From the NCBI GenBank assembly GCA_051294375.1, contig JBJCIZ010000836.1, forward strand, positions 21,669 through 85,668: a DNA stretch of 64,000 bases, in the 5' to 3' direction. Below the pieces are notes generated by a model. It saw only the letters and a program-made list of their open reading frames with translations. It made no database searches and was not told where the DNA came from. The position numbers were made by a program, and so were the translations under genes. This DNA is from Paraspadella gotoi (taxonomy: Eukaryota; Animalia; Chaetognatha). Positions within the stretch are counted from its first letter, which is position 1. The number at the start of each line of letters is the position of its first letter. Positions 36,690-47,874 of the stretch are shown here, one piece after another.

Positions 36690-36854
36690 CTCTCGCTCAA
36701 CATACGATTTTACCAAGTTGTCCTCGTTGTCCTTACTAGTTCTGTATTGTCTCATTGTTTAGACTTAGCATCTCAAATTGTTAATGTTATTCTTTATTGT
36801 TGGAGAATAAATCATTCTCGATCGAAACCTTTGTCGTAATTATCTCCTGCCACA
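36609..36854 (+). repeat. 5' LTR
   Basis: TGTGGCAG...CTGCCACA, (CT)n tract, AATAAA. Confidence 0.95.
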
Positions 36855-36856
36855 CG

Positions 36857-36874
36857 TGGTGAACCCGACGTAAT
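36857..36874 (+). promoter_or_regulatory. Primer binding site (tRNA-Trp)
   Basis: TGGTGAACCCGACGTAAT, 2 nt after the LTR. Confidence 0.85.
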
Positions 36875-36998
36875 TTTTCTCCCTCCTTGAAACGAAAAAA
36901 TCAAAAACAAAAATGAAACTTTACCTCGCTTTCGCTCCAAAAGAATAACGACTTTCGCTCGTCCACAAAACGCCAGTCAACTAAGAAGAGTTCCCAAG

Positions 36999-38131
36999 AT
37001 GCCCGTCAACACCCGCAACGTCTCTCGGTCCGAGGCAGCGAGGACGCATTCCACGACGCCGCGACGTCGGCATCGTTGCCGCCAACGTCGCCGCCATGGA
37101 CCATCGACACCCTCGCGCAAATCGTGATGCAATTACATGACGACATGCAAAAACAATTGACCGCCCTCACGGAGAAGGTCAACAAAAATAAGGTGAATTC
37201 AAACGACGAGTCGTCCGAGATCCCGCCCTTGCGACCGGAAGCGACGACTACGACGCCGTCCCCAGAGGCAACGCCATTACAACACGACCAAGAACGCCGA
37301 AACTTCCGAGTTTCGACCCAGACAACATCGACGAATGGATCGACGCAATTGATAACGCCTTCGAGGTTGCCGACGTTGTCGATCCCCGCGTCAAGAAGGC
37401 GCACACGCTCGCGGCGATCCCGACAGATCGCCACCGTCATCTCAGTCCAACGCGTCAAACAGGACAAATCACTCAATTCATACACAAATCTAGTAACTCA
37501 CCTCAAAGAGATCTATGGCGATGGAAAGACACAGCGCGCTGCTAAGCTGCTGAAGATGACATCGCTTAAAGGAAGCACTCCCCTCCAGCACCTCGCTGCT
37601 CTGAAGTCACAGTGCCAAGGCCTCAAAATCGACGACATCCTCAAAGCCCTCCTCGTCGCCTCCCTCCCAACTTCAGTTCGTGACCACGTCCTCAAAGAAG
37701 AAGAAGACGTCGATGTCTCGCCAAAAAAAAGCCAACTTAATTTCTTCACTCCCTCAGGACAGCTCCGCAATCAAACAGCTTCAGTCAACGCCCTGACCTT
37801 CACAAGCCCGTTTGAAGACCCAGCGGATGAGCAGGTTGAGCCACCAGAAGAATTCGCAGATCCAGAGGCCGACACTACGCCCATCTCCTATGCCAACGCC
37901 GTCAAGAGGATTTACTCAAGACCGCCGCTACGCCTGCGGAACCAGCAACAATCACGACGCCAACCACAACAACAACAACGACGTCCACCACCATCGGATT
38001 TCCGCACACGAAACCCTCTTCCTCCCGGCGAAAAGAAGTGCGTCTATCACTATGTCCATGGCCATAAAGCATTCCAATGTGACGGACCGCCGTGCAGCAT
38101 GGCGTCAAATGCCAACGCCGGCGGCCGCTAG
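36999..38131 (+). CDS. gag: Gag with CHCC knuckle; a few apparent indels in the 5' third
   Basis: C-terminal CVYH-x9-C-x4-C. The gag-like KLPSFDPDNIDEWIDAIDNAF (~37300-37430) lies in a different frame from ORF 37076-38131, and the ATG at 36999 is also out of frame with that ORF. Confidence 0.8.
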
Positions 38132-41100
38132 TCGCCCGCGTCGCCGGCCAATCAACATCAAAACTTTTCTACCTGCGCGACCCTGATGCCGGCGTGGAGT
38201 GGCTCGTCGACGGTGGTTCCGAAGCCACCCTTTTACCCGCTACTGCCTCCGATCGCGCAAAGGCAGCGGCGGATCCTGTTGCCCTCAAAGCAGCCCTTGA
38301 CGCCGCAAATTTTCCAATGCTCCACGCCGCCAACAACACGCCCATCAAGATTTTTGGCATCAAAGAGATGAACATTCGCCTTGGCACCCGCGCCTACCCA
38401 TACCTCGTCGCCCTCGCCGACGTCGCCACTCCAATCCTTGGTGCCGATTTCTTGATGGAATTCCACCTCGGCGTCGACCACCGACGCCGCCTACTCCTCA
38501 ATCTTGATGACTTTAGCGTCATTGCCGGCCACGCTGGAATAGGTTTCCCTACACCTCCTCCCAGTGTCCACCATGTCCGCGACGTCTACTCAACACTCCT
38601 TGATGAGCGCCCAGAACTCACTAAGCTCGTTTTCAATGCCGCACCTCCAAAGCATGGTGTGGAGCACCATATCCCAACAAAGGGCCCACCAGTCCACGCC
38701 CGTGCTCGACGCCTCGCCCCCGACCAACTTGCAGCCGCAAAAGCTGAATTCCAAAAGATGGAAGAACTCGGCATCATACGCCGATCTACCTCAGCATGGG
38801 CATCGCCACTTCATGTTACCCGAAAACCAGATGGCTCCCTTCGCCCTTGTGGCGACTACCGGCGCCTCAATGGCGCCACCATTGATGATCGGTATCCAAT
38901 CCGACACCTGATGGACTTTAATGCTGATATAGCAGGGAAGACCGTCTTCTCTAAGATAGACTTGTGCAAAGGCTATCACCAGATACCTGTCGCCAAGGGG
39001 GATCGCCACAAGACAGCCATCATCACTCCATTCGGTCTTTTTGAATTTGATTTCATGCCATTTGGGCTCAAAAACGCCGCACAAGACTTTCAGCGCATGA
39101 TGGACCGTGTCCTCAGCGGCATTCCTCATGTCTTCATTTACCTTGATGACCTTCTTGTAGCCTCTAGCTCTCACGAAGAACATCTTGAAGACCTCAAACA
39201 AGTCTTCAATGCCCTCGCCAACAATGGCCTCGTTGTCAACAGAGCAAAGTGTGTGTTTGGCGCCTCAAGTCTTGAGTTTCTTGGCTACCATGTCGACCGT
39301 CATGGCATCAGACCACTTCCGACCAAGGTGGACGCCATCCGCAACATGGCCACACCAAACACCATCAAGGAACTCCAACGCTTCCTGGGGATGTTAAACT
39401 ACTATCGCCGTTTCATTCCCCATGCCGCTCATCACCTCGCCCCTCTTTACGAGCTCCTTCAAGGAAAACGGCGCACCTTCAAGTGGGCGGAGCAACAAGA
39501 AGCTGCCTTCGGCGCCATCAAGGATGCCCTTGCCGATGCCACCCTTCTCGTCCATCCGGTTGATGGCGCCCCACTCGCTCTCACCGTCGATGCTTCCGAC
39601 GTCGCGATTGGCGCCGTCCTCGAACAACGTGTTGAGGAATCCTGGCAGCCATTAGGATTCTTCTCCAAAGGCCTCCAAGGATCTCAAAGAAAATGGCCGC
39701 CATTTGATAAAGAGTTGTACGCCGCCCACACCGCCATCCGCCACTTTCGCCCTTATGTGGAAGGGCGCCGCTTTACGCTCTACAGCGACCACATTTCACT
39801 TGTCCCTGCACTCAGGAAAAAAGCAGAACCACACACGATGCGTCAAACGTATCAACTCGCGGGAATCGCCGAGTTCACCGGCGACATTCGACATATTTCC
39901 GGAAAGGCAAACGTCGTCGCTGACGCCCTTTCCCGCCCACCAAGCGCACCACCTCGGCCAGAACCAGCCCCAACAACTAAATCCAAAGACGAGGACCGCG
40001 AGAAAGATGATGTCATCGCCACAATCAACGCCATTGGCACTGCAAGTGTCAACCTGGAGGCAATGGCCGCTGACCAGGAAGACGACGACGATGTCCAGCG
40101 CCTCCTCAATGATTCCCACACAGCCCTCCGTCTCAAACGCATCACAATCGGCCGTGCATCGCTCATCTGCGACGTTTCCGGTGCGCGGGCGCGCCCACTC
40201 GTTCCTGAGACATGGCGGCGCCGAATATTTGATGCCACTCACAATGTCGGCCACCCCGGCGTCAAGGCGTCAAAGACTCTTGTATCAAAACGTTTTGTTT
40301 GGCCCTCTGTCTCCAGTGATGTCGGGCGATGGGCGGGTGCGTGTGACACATGCCAGCGCGCTAAAGTCCAACGGCACGTGCGCGCACCACTACAACACTT
40401 TGACCCTCCTACAAAAAGGTTTGCGCATGTCCACGTCGATCTTGTAGGTCCACTGCCCCCTGCTTCCGGCCACACCCACCTTCTCACAATCATCGACCGC
40501 TTCACGCGCTGGCCAGAAGTGGCGCCGCTGCGTGACACTTCCGCCGCCTCCATCGCCAACGCCTTCCTTCTTTACTGGGTCTCCCGCTTTGGCGTGCCCG
40601 CCGTTGTCACAACAGATAGAGGCGCCCAATTCACTTCCGAACTGTGGCGTCAAGTAGCGGCAGTGGTGGGTTTTGACCCTGCCACTACCACGGCGTACCA
40701 TCCCCAGGCGAACGGGATGGTGGAAAGACTTCATCGCACCCTCAAGGCAGCCCTTCGTGCGCGTTGTGACTCAGCTGGTAACAACTGGCTCCAACAGCTT
40801 CCCTGGACGCTCCTCAGCCTCCGAGCAACTCCAAGAGACGGGTCCGATATTTCTCCGGCTGAGCTAGCACTCGGAGAGACACTGACGCTTCCCGGACAGC
40901 TGCTTCCGGTCCCGACAACTGACGCAGACGCTGACGCCCGTGCGCGCATTCTTGAAGAGCTGCGTGCGGACGTCGCCCTGATGCAGCCTTTCCCAACATC
41001 TTGGCACACGATAATACCTTCACAAGTCCCCGAGACGCTCGCGGACGCCACGCGCGTCTACATCCGGCGCGACGGCCATTCGACACCTCTCCAGCCACCA

Positions 41101-41436
41101 TACGACGGTCCATATATCGTCATTGAACGGGGTGAAAAAACTTTCAAAGTAGAAATTCCTGGGAGAGGCGTGGAGACGATCTCCGTCGACCGACTCAAAC
41201 CCGCCGTCCTCGACGCCGATATTCCACCTCCTTCGCCTCCCCCGGCTCCGCGCCGCGGACGCCCACGTCTCGCTTCGCGAGCGCCTCCGCCAATGCCCCC
41301 GATCATTCCACCGCCTCCTCCCGCGTCACCGTCTATCATCCCAACACTCAGACGTCAGGCGAATCAAGTTCCAGGCCTGCTAAACATTTTGCCTACGATG
41401 CTGCAACCACCGGACGAAGATGAAACCTATCAATAA
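38092..41436 (+). CDS. pol: Pol polyprotein (protease, RT, RNase H, integrase with GPY/F module)
   Basis: 1114-aa ORF with LVDGGS, MPFGLKNA, YLDD, DAS...E, H-x3-H...CDTC, D..D(TDRG)..E and PYDGPY. Lies in the -1 frame relative to gag. Confidence 0.97.
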   Translation: MQHGVKCQRRRPLVARVAGQSTSKLFYLRDPDAGVEWLVDGGSEATLLPATASDRAKAAADPVALKAALDAANFPMLHAANNTPIKIFGIKEMNIRLGTRAYPYLVALADVATPILGADFLMEFHLGVDHRRRLLLNLDDFSVIAGHAGIGFPTPPPSVHHVRDVYSTLLDERPELTKLVFNAAPPKHGVEHHIPTKGPPVHARARRLAPDQLAAAKAEFQKMEELGIIRRSTSAWASPLHVTRKPDGSLRPCGDYRRLNGATIDDRYPIRHLMDFNADIAGKTVFSKIDLCKGYHQIPVAKGDRHKTAIITPFGLFEFDFMPFGLKNAAQDFQRMMDRVLSGIPHVFIYLDDLLVASSSHEEHLEDLKQVFNALANNGLVVNRAKCVFGASSLEFLGYHVDRHGIRPLPTKVDAIRNMATPNTIKELQRFLGMLNYYRRFIPHAAHHLAPLYELLQGKRRTFKWAEQQEAAFGAIKDALADATLLVHPVDGAPLALTVDASDVAIGAVLEQRVEESWQPLGFFSKGLQGSQRKWPPFDKELYAAHTAIRHFRPYVEGRRFTLYSDHISLVPALRKKAEPHTMRQTYQLAGIAEFTGDIRHISGKANVVADALSRPPSAPPRPEPAPTTKSKDEDREKDDVIATINAIGTASVNLEAMAADQEDDDDVQRLLNDSHTALRLKRITIGRASLICDVSGARARPLVPETWRRRIFDATHNVGHPGVKASKTLVSKRFVWPSVSSDVGRWAGACDTCQRAKVQRHVRAPLQHFDPPTKRFAHVHVDLVGPLPPASGHTHLLTIIDRFTRWPEVAPLRDTSAASIANAFLLYWVSRFGVPAVVTTDRGAQFTSELWRQVAAVVGFDPATTTAYHPQANGMVERLHRTLKAALRARCDSAGNNWLQQLPWTLLSLRATPRDGSDISPAELALGETLTLPGQLLPVPTTDADADARARILEELRADVALMQPFPTSWHTIIPSQVPETLADATRVYIRRDGHSTPLQPPYDGPYIVIERGEKTFKVEIPGRGVETISVDRLKPAVLDADIPPPSPPPAPRRGRPRLASRAPPPMPPIIPPPPPASPSIIPTLRRQANQVPGLLNILPTMLQPPDEDETYQ

Positions 41437-41471
41437 CTCTCATAGTCTTCTCCCCACCGGGTCGAAGCCTC

Positions 41472-41483
41472 GGTGGGGGGATG
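41472..41483 (+). promoter_or_regulatory. Polypurine tract
   Basis: GGTGGGGGGATG directly before the 3' LTR. Confidence 0.8.
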
Positions 41484-41521
41484 TGTGGCAGCAACCACAC
41501 GTGACCTTCTGTAACCAAACG

Positions 41522-41561
<40 letters not shown>

Positions 41562-41723
41562 GCTCAACATACGATTTGACCAAGTTGTCCTCGTTGTCCT
41601 TACTAGTTCTGTATTGTCTCATTGTTTAGACTTAGCATCTCAAAATTGTTAATGTTATTCTTTATTGTTGGAGAATAAATCATTCTCGATCGAAACCTTG
41701 TGTCGTAATTATCTCCTGCCACA
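41484..41723 (+). repeat. 3' LTR
   Basis: Copy of 36609-36854 with only a few differences. Confidence 0.95.
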
Positions 41724-42498
41724 ATTAACATTTTTAATCAGCCGAATTCTTTCTATCAATCTTCACTGTGGGTCCCCCAATTGTTTCTCCTAGACTTATT
41801 GTTTGCCCAAATATTCCCCCAAGGAGAAACAATATTGGTAAAGTACTTTGTTCCTTAACTAGTAGTACAAGTCACCTCAACTGTAAATAGGGGTCAGTTC
41901 GAACCCCTAAGGTCCGAACTTGAGGGGGAGTGAGGCGTACTTACCACAGGTCTCTCTCTCTAACCTTCCTCTCTCCTCTTTCTTCGAGCCGGTCTATTCC
42001 ACACGGTCACTTTGCCCTAGCGTTTGGCAATGACCTTAGATTGACCGACACAGTAATAGGGCCGAGGCGACCGTAAGGTCAATTGGTCCGGGCGATGATT
42101 AAAAAGTGGCATCAGGAGAGAGCTAGACTCACTTCTTTCTACTTCTCTTACAACGTCACAATTCTTCACTCTCTCTTCATATTTATTATTACATTTTTCG
42201 TCTTCTGGCGAGATCAGTATACTTTTAAGATTTTTTTAACTTGCCATCATTTTTTCACAATAATTAATTAATTAATTAACTAATTAATTAATTAAAACAT
42301 TTATTAGTAATCATTAAGTATTAAAGATTCAAGTAAATGTGACTTATGTTTTTTCCATTCTAAACTCCATTTCCACTGGCACAATTCCGTCAAAACTTTA
42401 TATAATTATTTATATATAATAAATATTAAAAGCTTCAGTGCAACAAACCAATGAACTAAATCAAAAAATTACACTTGAAATCGATTTAGTAGTAAAAT

Positions 42499-43203
42499 AG
42501 GACTAAGCTCTGACGAAAAAAGTCAGAGGTTTTTTTAATATATTCTTTGACGGCCAATGTAGAATGATGGCAATATTGCCATTTTTTAAGTTTCAAAAAA
42601 TCCGACCATAAATATAGAAAATATTAACCAAAATCTTCGGAAAATCCACCCCTTCTTTGGAAGATTTTCGCCATATAAGATTTTTTCCGAATCTGACTCC
42701 CGGTGGAAAACTCTTAGAATTCGATCGTTAGCTCCTCTTTTACTTTTTACTTTTAAATAAAAATTTCACCAAATGGACTAATTCACTAACATGATTGTTC
42801 ATATTACAAATAACCAAATGAAATGTAAAGAAAAATTTGAGAGCCCTTCAGACATATTGCTATCGGATTCCTGAATTCGAAGTTTTATTGTAAAATGACA
42901 ACATACCTTAAATGCGTTGACATTGTATTTAAGTTAGAAATCCCTTTATTTATATATAACAAATTGCCGTCAAATATTTTCCCGAGCGGACCAGTCCATT
43001 TGAATCGAATGTTCGATTCAAAATGATGGTTATTTGTCAAGAGAAAAAAAAATGCGAGCCCTTCAGATGCAAACAGAATCGAATCGCAGTGTTTTTACAT
43101 CTAATTTTTTACCTGAAATTTTTCCCAGGGCGGTTGACATTATTTGTAGTCAGATTTTAACGAAAATCTCCATTGAAAAAGTCTCCTCGATTCTTAAGAA
43201 CGA
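42499..43203 (+). mobile_element. Copy of the TAGGACTAAG hAT-like family, right terminus lost
   Basis: Collinear with 8742-9450. Confidence 0.75.
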
Positions 43204-46200
43204 GTGCGTGGGAGTAAAGGGAAAAAAAAATTTTTAAAGAGAACTAGGAGTGTTAAAAAGTGTTCAATTTTGGCCCGCCTTGACTAGATATTAAGGCCGA
43301 ACAGGTTGAAAACTAAAAGTTCCTCTCCAAAAGGTTTATGGTTAATTGGTTAAGCGACTATTAAATAATTATGAAAATGAAAATAATTTTTAAATAATTT
43401 TTGTTTATCAAAGTTTTTTATAGATTCTGATAGATCTTTAAAAGTTAGATAAAGGAGTGAAGTCGTGAAGAAAAGAATTCGTGTAAATTGAAAAATGTCA
43501 ATAATATTTCTGGCCTAAAAATTCGCATTCCCTTTCACATTCCTACTTTGGTAAACAAAGTAGTTCATATAAAAAGTCATTGTTATTTTATTCTCGCGCG
43601 CATATTTCTCTCATGTTATCACTGAATAAACCTCGTTCAATTTTACTTTGGTATCGAATTTTCTTTTCACTAAAAAATTCCTGTCCTCCACTTGGTGTTT
43701 CAGCGCTGGTGTCCGAATAAGTTTTTTGCCTCCCAAAGGATTTACTCGTTCTTTTCGCCTACCTAAATTCTACAAATAAAAGAGAGAAATCCCAAATTAC
43801 GCTTCGCTGTCAATCTTTTCATTTTTTTTCGTTGCCTTTGCGGTGCAACAAAAGGAATCGAATTTGAAAGTGAGATGTTCCTGGTTTTTTTTATGAAGCA
43901 AGGAGTTGTAAAAAAAATAATTGGCCATAGTTTTTTATAACAAATGATAATTAATTAAGATCAGAAAAATTTCGTTACAAATTTCATATATTCTTCCAAG
44001 GTCTATCGCAAGATTTACCTTACCTTTCTTGGAAATTTTATTTTAGTCATCGGCATCAAGGGAGCCGTCGGTCTGGACACGCCAGATTTGGCGAGTGGGA
44101 AACCACTCACAATTCCAGACAGCGGACGAATATTGAAGGAGAGTTGTTCCTCGATTCTTAGAGGGACGAGGAATCGATGCGCGCGCGTGCAGAAGGATCG
44201 ACAATCGATCACGCTCACAGAGGAGGAGTAACATCCAAATCTTAAAAAAAGGCGGTAGCAACATGAAGAGAGATGTTTGTGGAGAGAAAGACTAAAGCAG
44301 AGAGAGAGAGAAGATAGGAAAAGTTGATGGAGACCAGAAGTTCCTACCATCTCCGTTTTTTCCCGTCCTCCACTTTTCCCGTCTCTCCCCACTTTCCCGT
44401 CTATTTTCCCTTGCCGCCTACTTTTACCCTTCCCCCTCCATTCCGTGCGTTCCTGCCATGCGTCAGCGGCGCCAGCGCCGCCGGCGTCATCGATCAACCT
44501 TCCGGACGGAGCATCCGGTCGCAATCGGATGAAGCCAATCAAGACGAAGCTGCGAAGCAAACGACGACGCATTTTGCTTTCCTGCAGAAGGAGTCCATCA
44601 TCAGCAAGAGATGGCGTGTTTTTCCAAGTGAGTCTTTGGCGACGAAAATCGCAATTGTGGCCCATTCTGATGATAACCTTAAGACCTAATTATGCAAACA
44701 TTTTATCTCTCACACCCGTATTAACTCTGTGCATGATATTTTTTGTCACTGAGAGGTCACCTCTTCCCTAATTTTCAAAATTAGTTGTCCTTAGTAAATA
44801 TCAAACGAAAAAAAAAAACTAAAGACGAAACGGTTAAGCAATTTATTTACGTTTTTTCCTTATGTTAATGAAAGCCTTTTGGCGGGAACCGAAAAACCAA
44901 ATTTGTTTGCGATTTTATTTGTAAACTGAAAGATAAAAATGTTGCTCGCGTCGTGGAAGATGCTATGCATCCGGGTGGGAAGGAGACTTATCCTGATGTG
45001 GCGAGGCACGCCGATAGCCTTGAAACCAATCGCGCGCGAAAGGCGCGACCGATCGATTGCGTCGATTTTGCAATCGTTGGAGCGATGGACGTCTCCACCA
45101 AAATTGAAGTTGGGGCGCAGGGCGCCAAAGCAGGTTTAGGGGCGGCCGTCGTGGGCGTGGCAAAAGGCGGGCAATAGCGAACATGAGCTCCCCCTCCCAC
45201 ATCGTTGTATTACTGCCTGAGAGTGCATGAGATTTGCGATCAATGCGCAAGGAAAACCAATGTTTTTTGCGGAGAATGGTCAGCACCCATCCGTCGGCTG
45301 TCCAAAGCACCAAGAGTAAACCGAATTTGAAGCTGCCCATGAAAGATGCCAAAGGGAAGAAGGATGCATGATGGGCGTGGTCGATATCTCGTATCATGAT
45401 TCGGCTGCCGCGTCAATGGCCGTCTAGTTGGACTAGCAGAAACTGGATAACGATTTTTGTGGAGAACGGTCAAGAAAAACCAAACTGATTCAAAATTTTA
45501 CTGCAAGCCATTTTCAGTCACCCGTCATCAAATTTTTTCAACTGATTTTTCGCTGTCCAATTTTTTGCAAAAAGCAATCAAACTTCTGCACCGCTACACC
45601 ATCAGAAACCTGCCTTTCTCAATCAGAGAGAAAGTCGCTTGAAATCACTTCTGAATGAAAGTATTTCAGATGAAATTGTGTCAATTTTTTGAAAGCAAGA
45701 TGAGGACTACTATGTTCTAAGCTTAATGTCTCCCACATTGAAATGTCCAGCCGGTGACCGACTCCGGATATGGATGACACTGAGTGGACGCATTTTCCGG
45801 CAAATGATCTCCACTGATCCGGCACCACCCTCCGTCGCAGTCGGTGACAAAGTAGAGTGTTCATCAGATGACTGGGATCCGGACAGTCTAATAGAGAAGG
45901 ATATAGTCAAAAGGAGCTTATTCCATCTCTTCAATTAGTGCTACTTACAGTAGAGTTGACAAGGCGTTGAGAAAGTGTGAAATCAAAGAAGTGGAAGTCT
46001 TCTTGCCCCTTGGACAGTCTCATTGTCTCAACTCTCAGAATAAATATGTAGCTGTCAGGCCACACTGAGGAGTTGACGAAGTTGTGGATCAGCCTATAAA
46101 TACCAAAGAAGTTCCAGTTTCTCAGACGACAGTTTTTCAAAAATTTGGATATGCAACAGGCGCCTGATGTGCAGTGAAAAAAAAAATTGATTATTTGAAG

Positions 46201-47774
46201 GAAAGAGGAAAGTTACCAGATTAAACATGAAGCTTTGCTTTTATCTATGGGGACTTGGCATTCCTTCGTCAACCGCAGTCTCTCATCATCAGTAATCAGG
46301 GAAGTGCTACTACGCTTGTGGACAGCCCCTATGGAGGAATCACAGTTTTCCTCTGTTGTGTCTGAGAGGAATTTCATCGTCTTTGAGTAAGACTCATGAA
46401 ACAAAATTTGCTTGCGGTCAATCAAAGCGTTTTGATCATGTTGTTGTGAAATAGTTTGCCCAAATAGCAACGAAATTCATTCAAGTGCCATTCTCTAGTC
46501 TCTGGAGAATTGCAGAGTATCCCTGAGATCATCTCAATTCGTTTCAAGTCTATCCCGAGAGAGTCTCATAAAATTGTTGACAAGAATGAGGAAACATTAG
46601 ACCGCCGTGCCATGACCCGCCTGCGGACCGCCTCCTTACCCGTTTGGCTGCTCGGCCGCTCTGCTTCTGCAAATGCCGAGGCCGGGTGGAAGCAAATTAT
46701 CTTCTTTTTGTTGAGACATCATAAACAATTTATTAAATGTGGCGACTAATAAATTTTGTTATTATTCTGACTAAAACTTTAATGCTATTTCGTTACAATT
46801 GGATAAATTTTCAATGTTGTTTTTGAAAACTTAATTAAGAATATAATTGTTTAATTTAAAAAATGTGTACAAAAAAAAAAAAAAAATTTTATTAAATGTT
46901 GCAGAATACAGTTGCAATAGATTAATATTGGCGAAATGTATTACGATGATGAATTGCCACGTGGCCTTTTGTTTACCTTTTCTCCGGTGATAAGACCGGC
47001 CTGGGTTGTTTGTGTTTGGTTGTGATGAAGTCTTAGAACGAATTAGAGAATGGGTGACCACTTTAAATTCAACTGTACAATTGATTAATATATATATTCA
47101 ATCATTATTGCTACTCACATAGTAACCTTCTCAATTGCTAGAATCCGTCGGTCCAACTTTAAAGGGAAGTAATGAGAAAATGGTTCGAAACGTATACAAT
47201 TAATATTATAATGTGAATTAATTCATAATAAATTAATTTTGATTAACATGTTATGTCGTATTATCAAATCTTTTGAGATCAGGTTGGAGAAGAAGAAAGC
47301 GCACCGATCACACCTGACACCTGCGAGATTCTTAACGGCCGACAGTCGCTTTAAAATTGTTAAGATTGCCATGGAGTGTGAGAGGGAGGCTCGCTATATG
47401 TGTGAGCTAAAAAGTAAAAATATTAATGTGTGAAACTGATCAAGAATAAAATATTGCATGTGATCCAATAGTTAACATCAGAAACGATCAATACATCAAT
47501 GTGACATGTAAATTTTTTCGCATAAATGTAAAAGTTTTTTTTTCGTTTTTTTCATAGAAAAAAAAATTGAATGATTATTTAATTCCGTTTTGAATTGTTT
47601 AAAAATTATTGCATTTCGAATCAACTTATTTGTGCATTTAGAAAAGATTTATTCTAATAATTGAATCGTCGTTATGATTTTATATTGAATTGTTTTGGCA
47701 TTCAATATACTTTCGTCTGCATAATGCATATGCTTTTGTTTACAAAAAGTTGATAACTTGAATCTCTCTCGTTT

Positions 47775-47874
47775 NNNNNNNNNNNNNNNNNNNNNNNNNN
47801 NNNNNNNNNNNNNNNNNNNNNNNNNNNNNNNNNNNNNNNNNNNNNNNNNNNNNNNNNNNNNNNNNNNNNNNNNN
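47775..47874. other. Assembly gap (100 N)
   Basis: N run. Confidence 1.

Larger units (their letters stand above)
36609..41723 (+). mobile_element. Near-intact Ty3/Gypsy LTR retrotransposon, CsRn1/Kabuki-type, family A
   Basis: Near-identical LTRs, tRNA-Trp PBS, CHCC gag, PR-RT-RH-IN order and PPT. No matching TSD (tata vs atta). Confidence 0.97.

Noticed and set aside
44527-44552. cggatgaagccaatcaagacgaagc as a hammerhead core
   Set aside because: Both conserved boxes are mismatched and stem II does not pair.
44015-46750. Several 60-216 aa ORFs, including a KNRY motif suggesting a tyrosine phosphatase
   Set aside because: No further PTP motifs and no consistent exon chain could be built; may hold decayed coding sequence but cannot be called.
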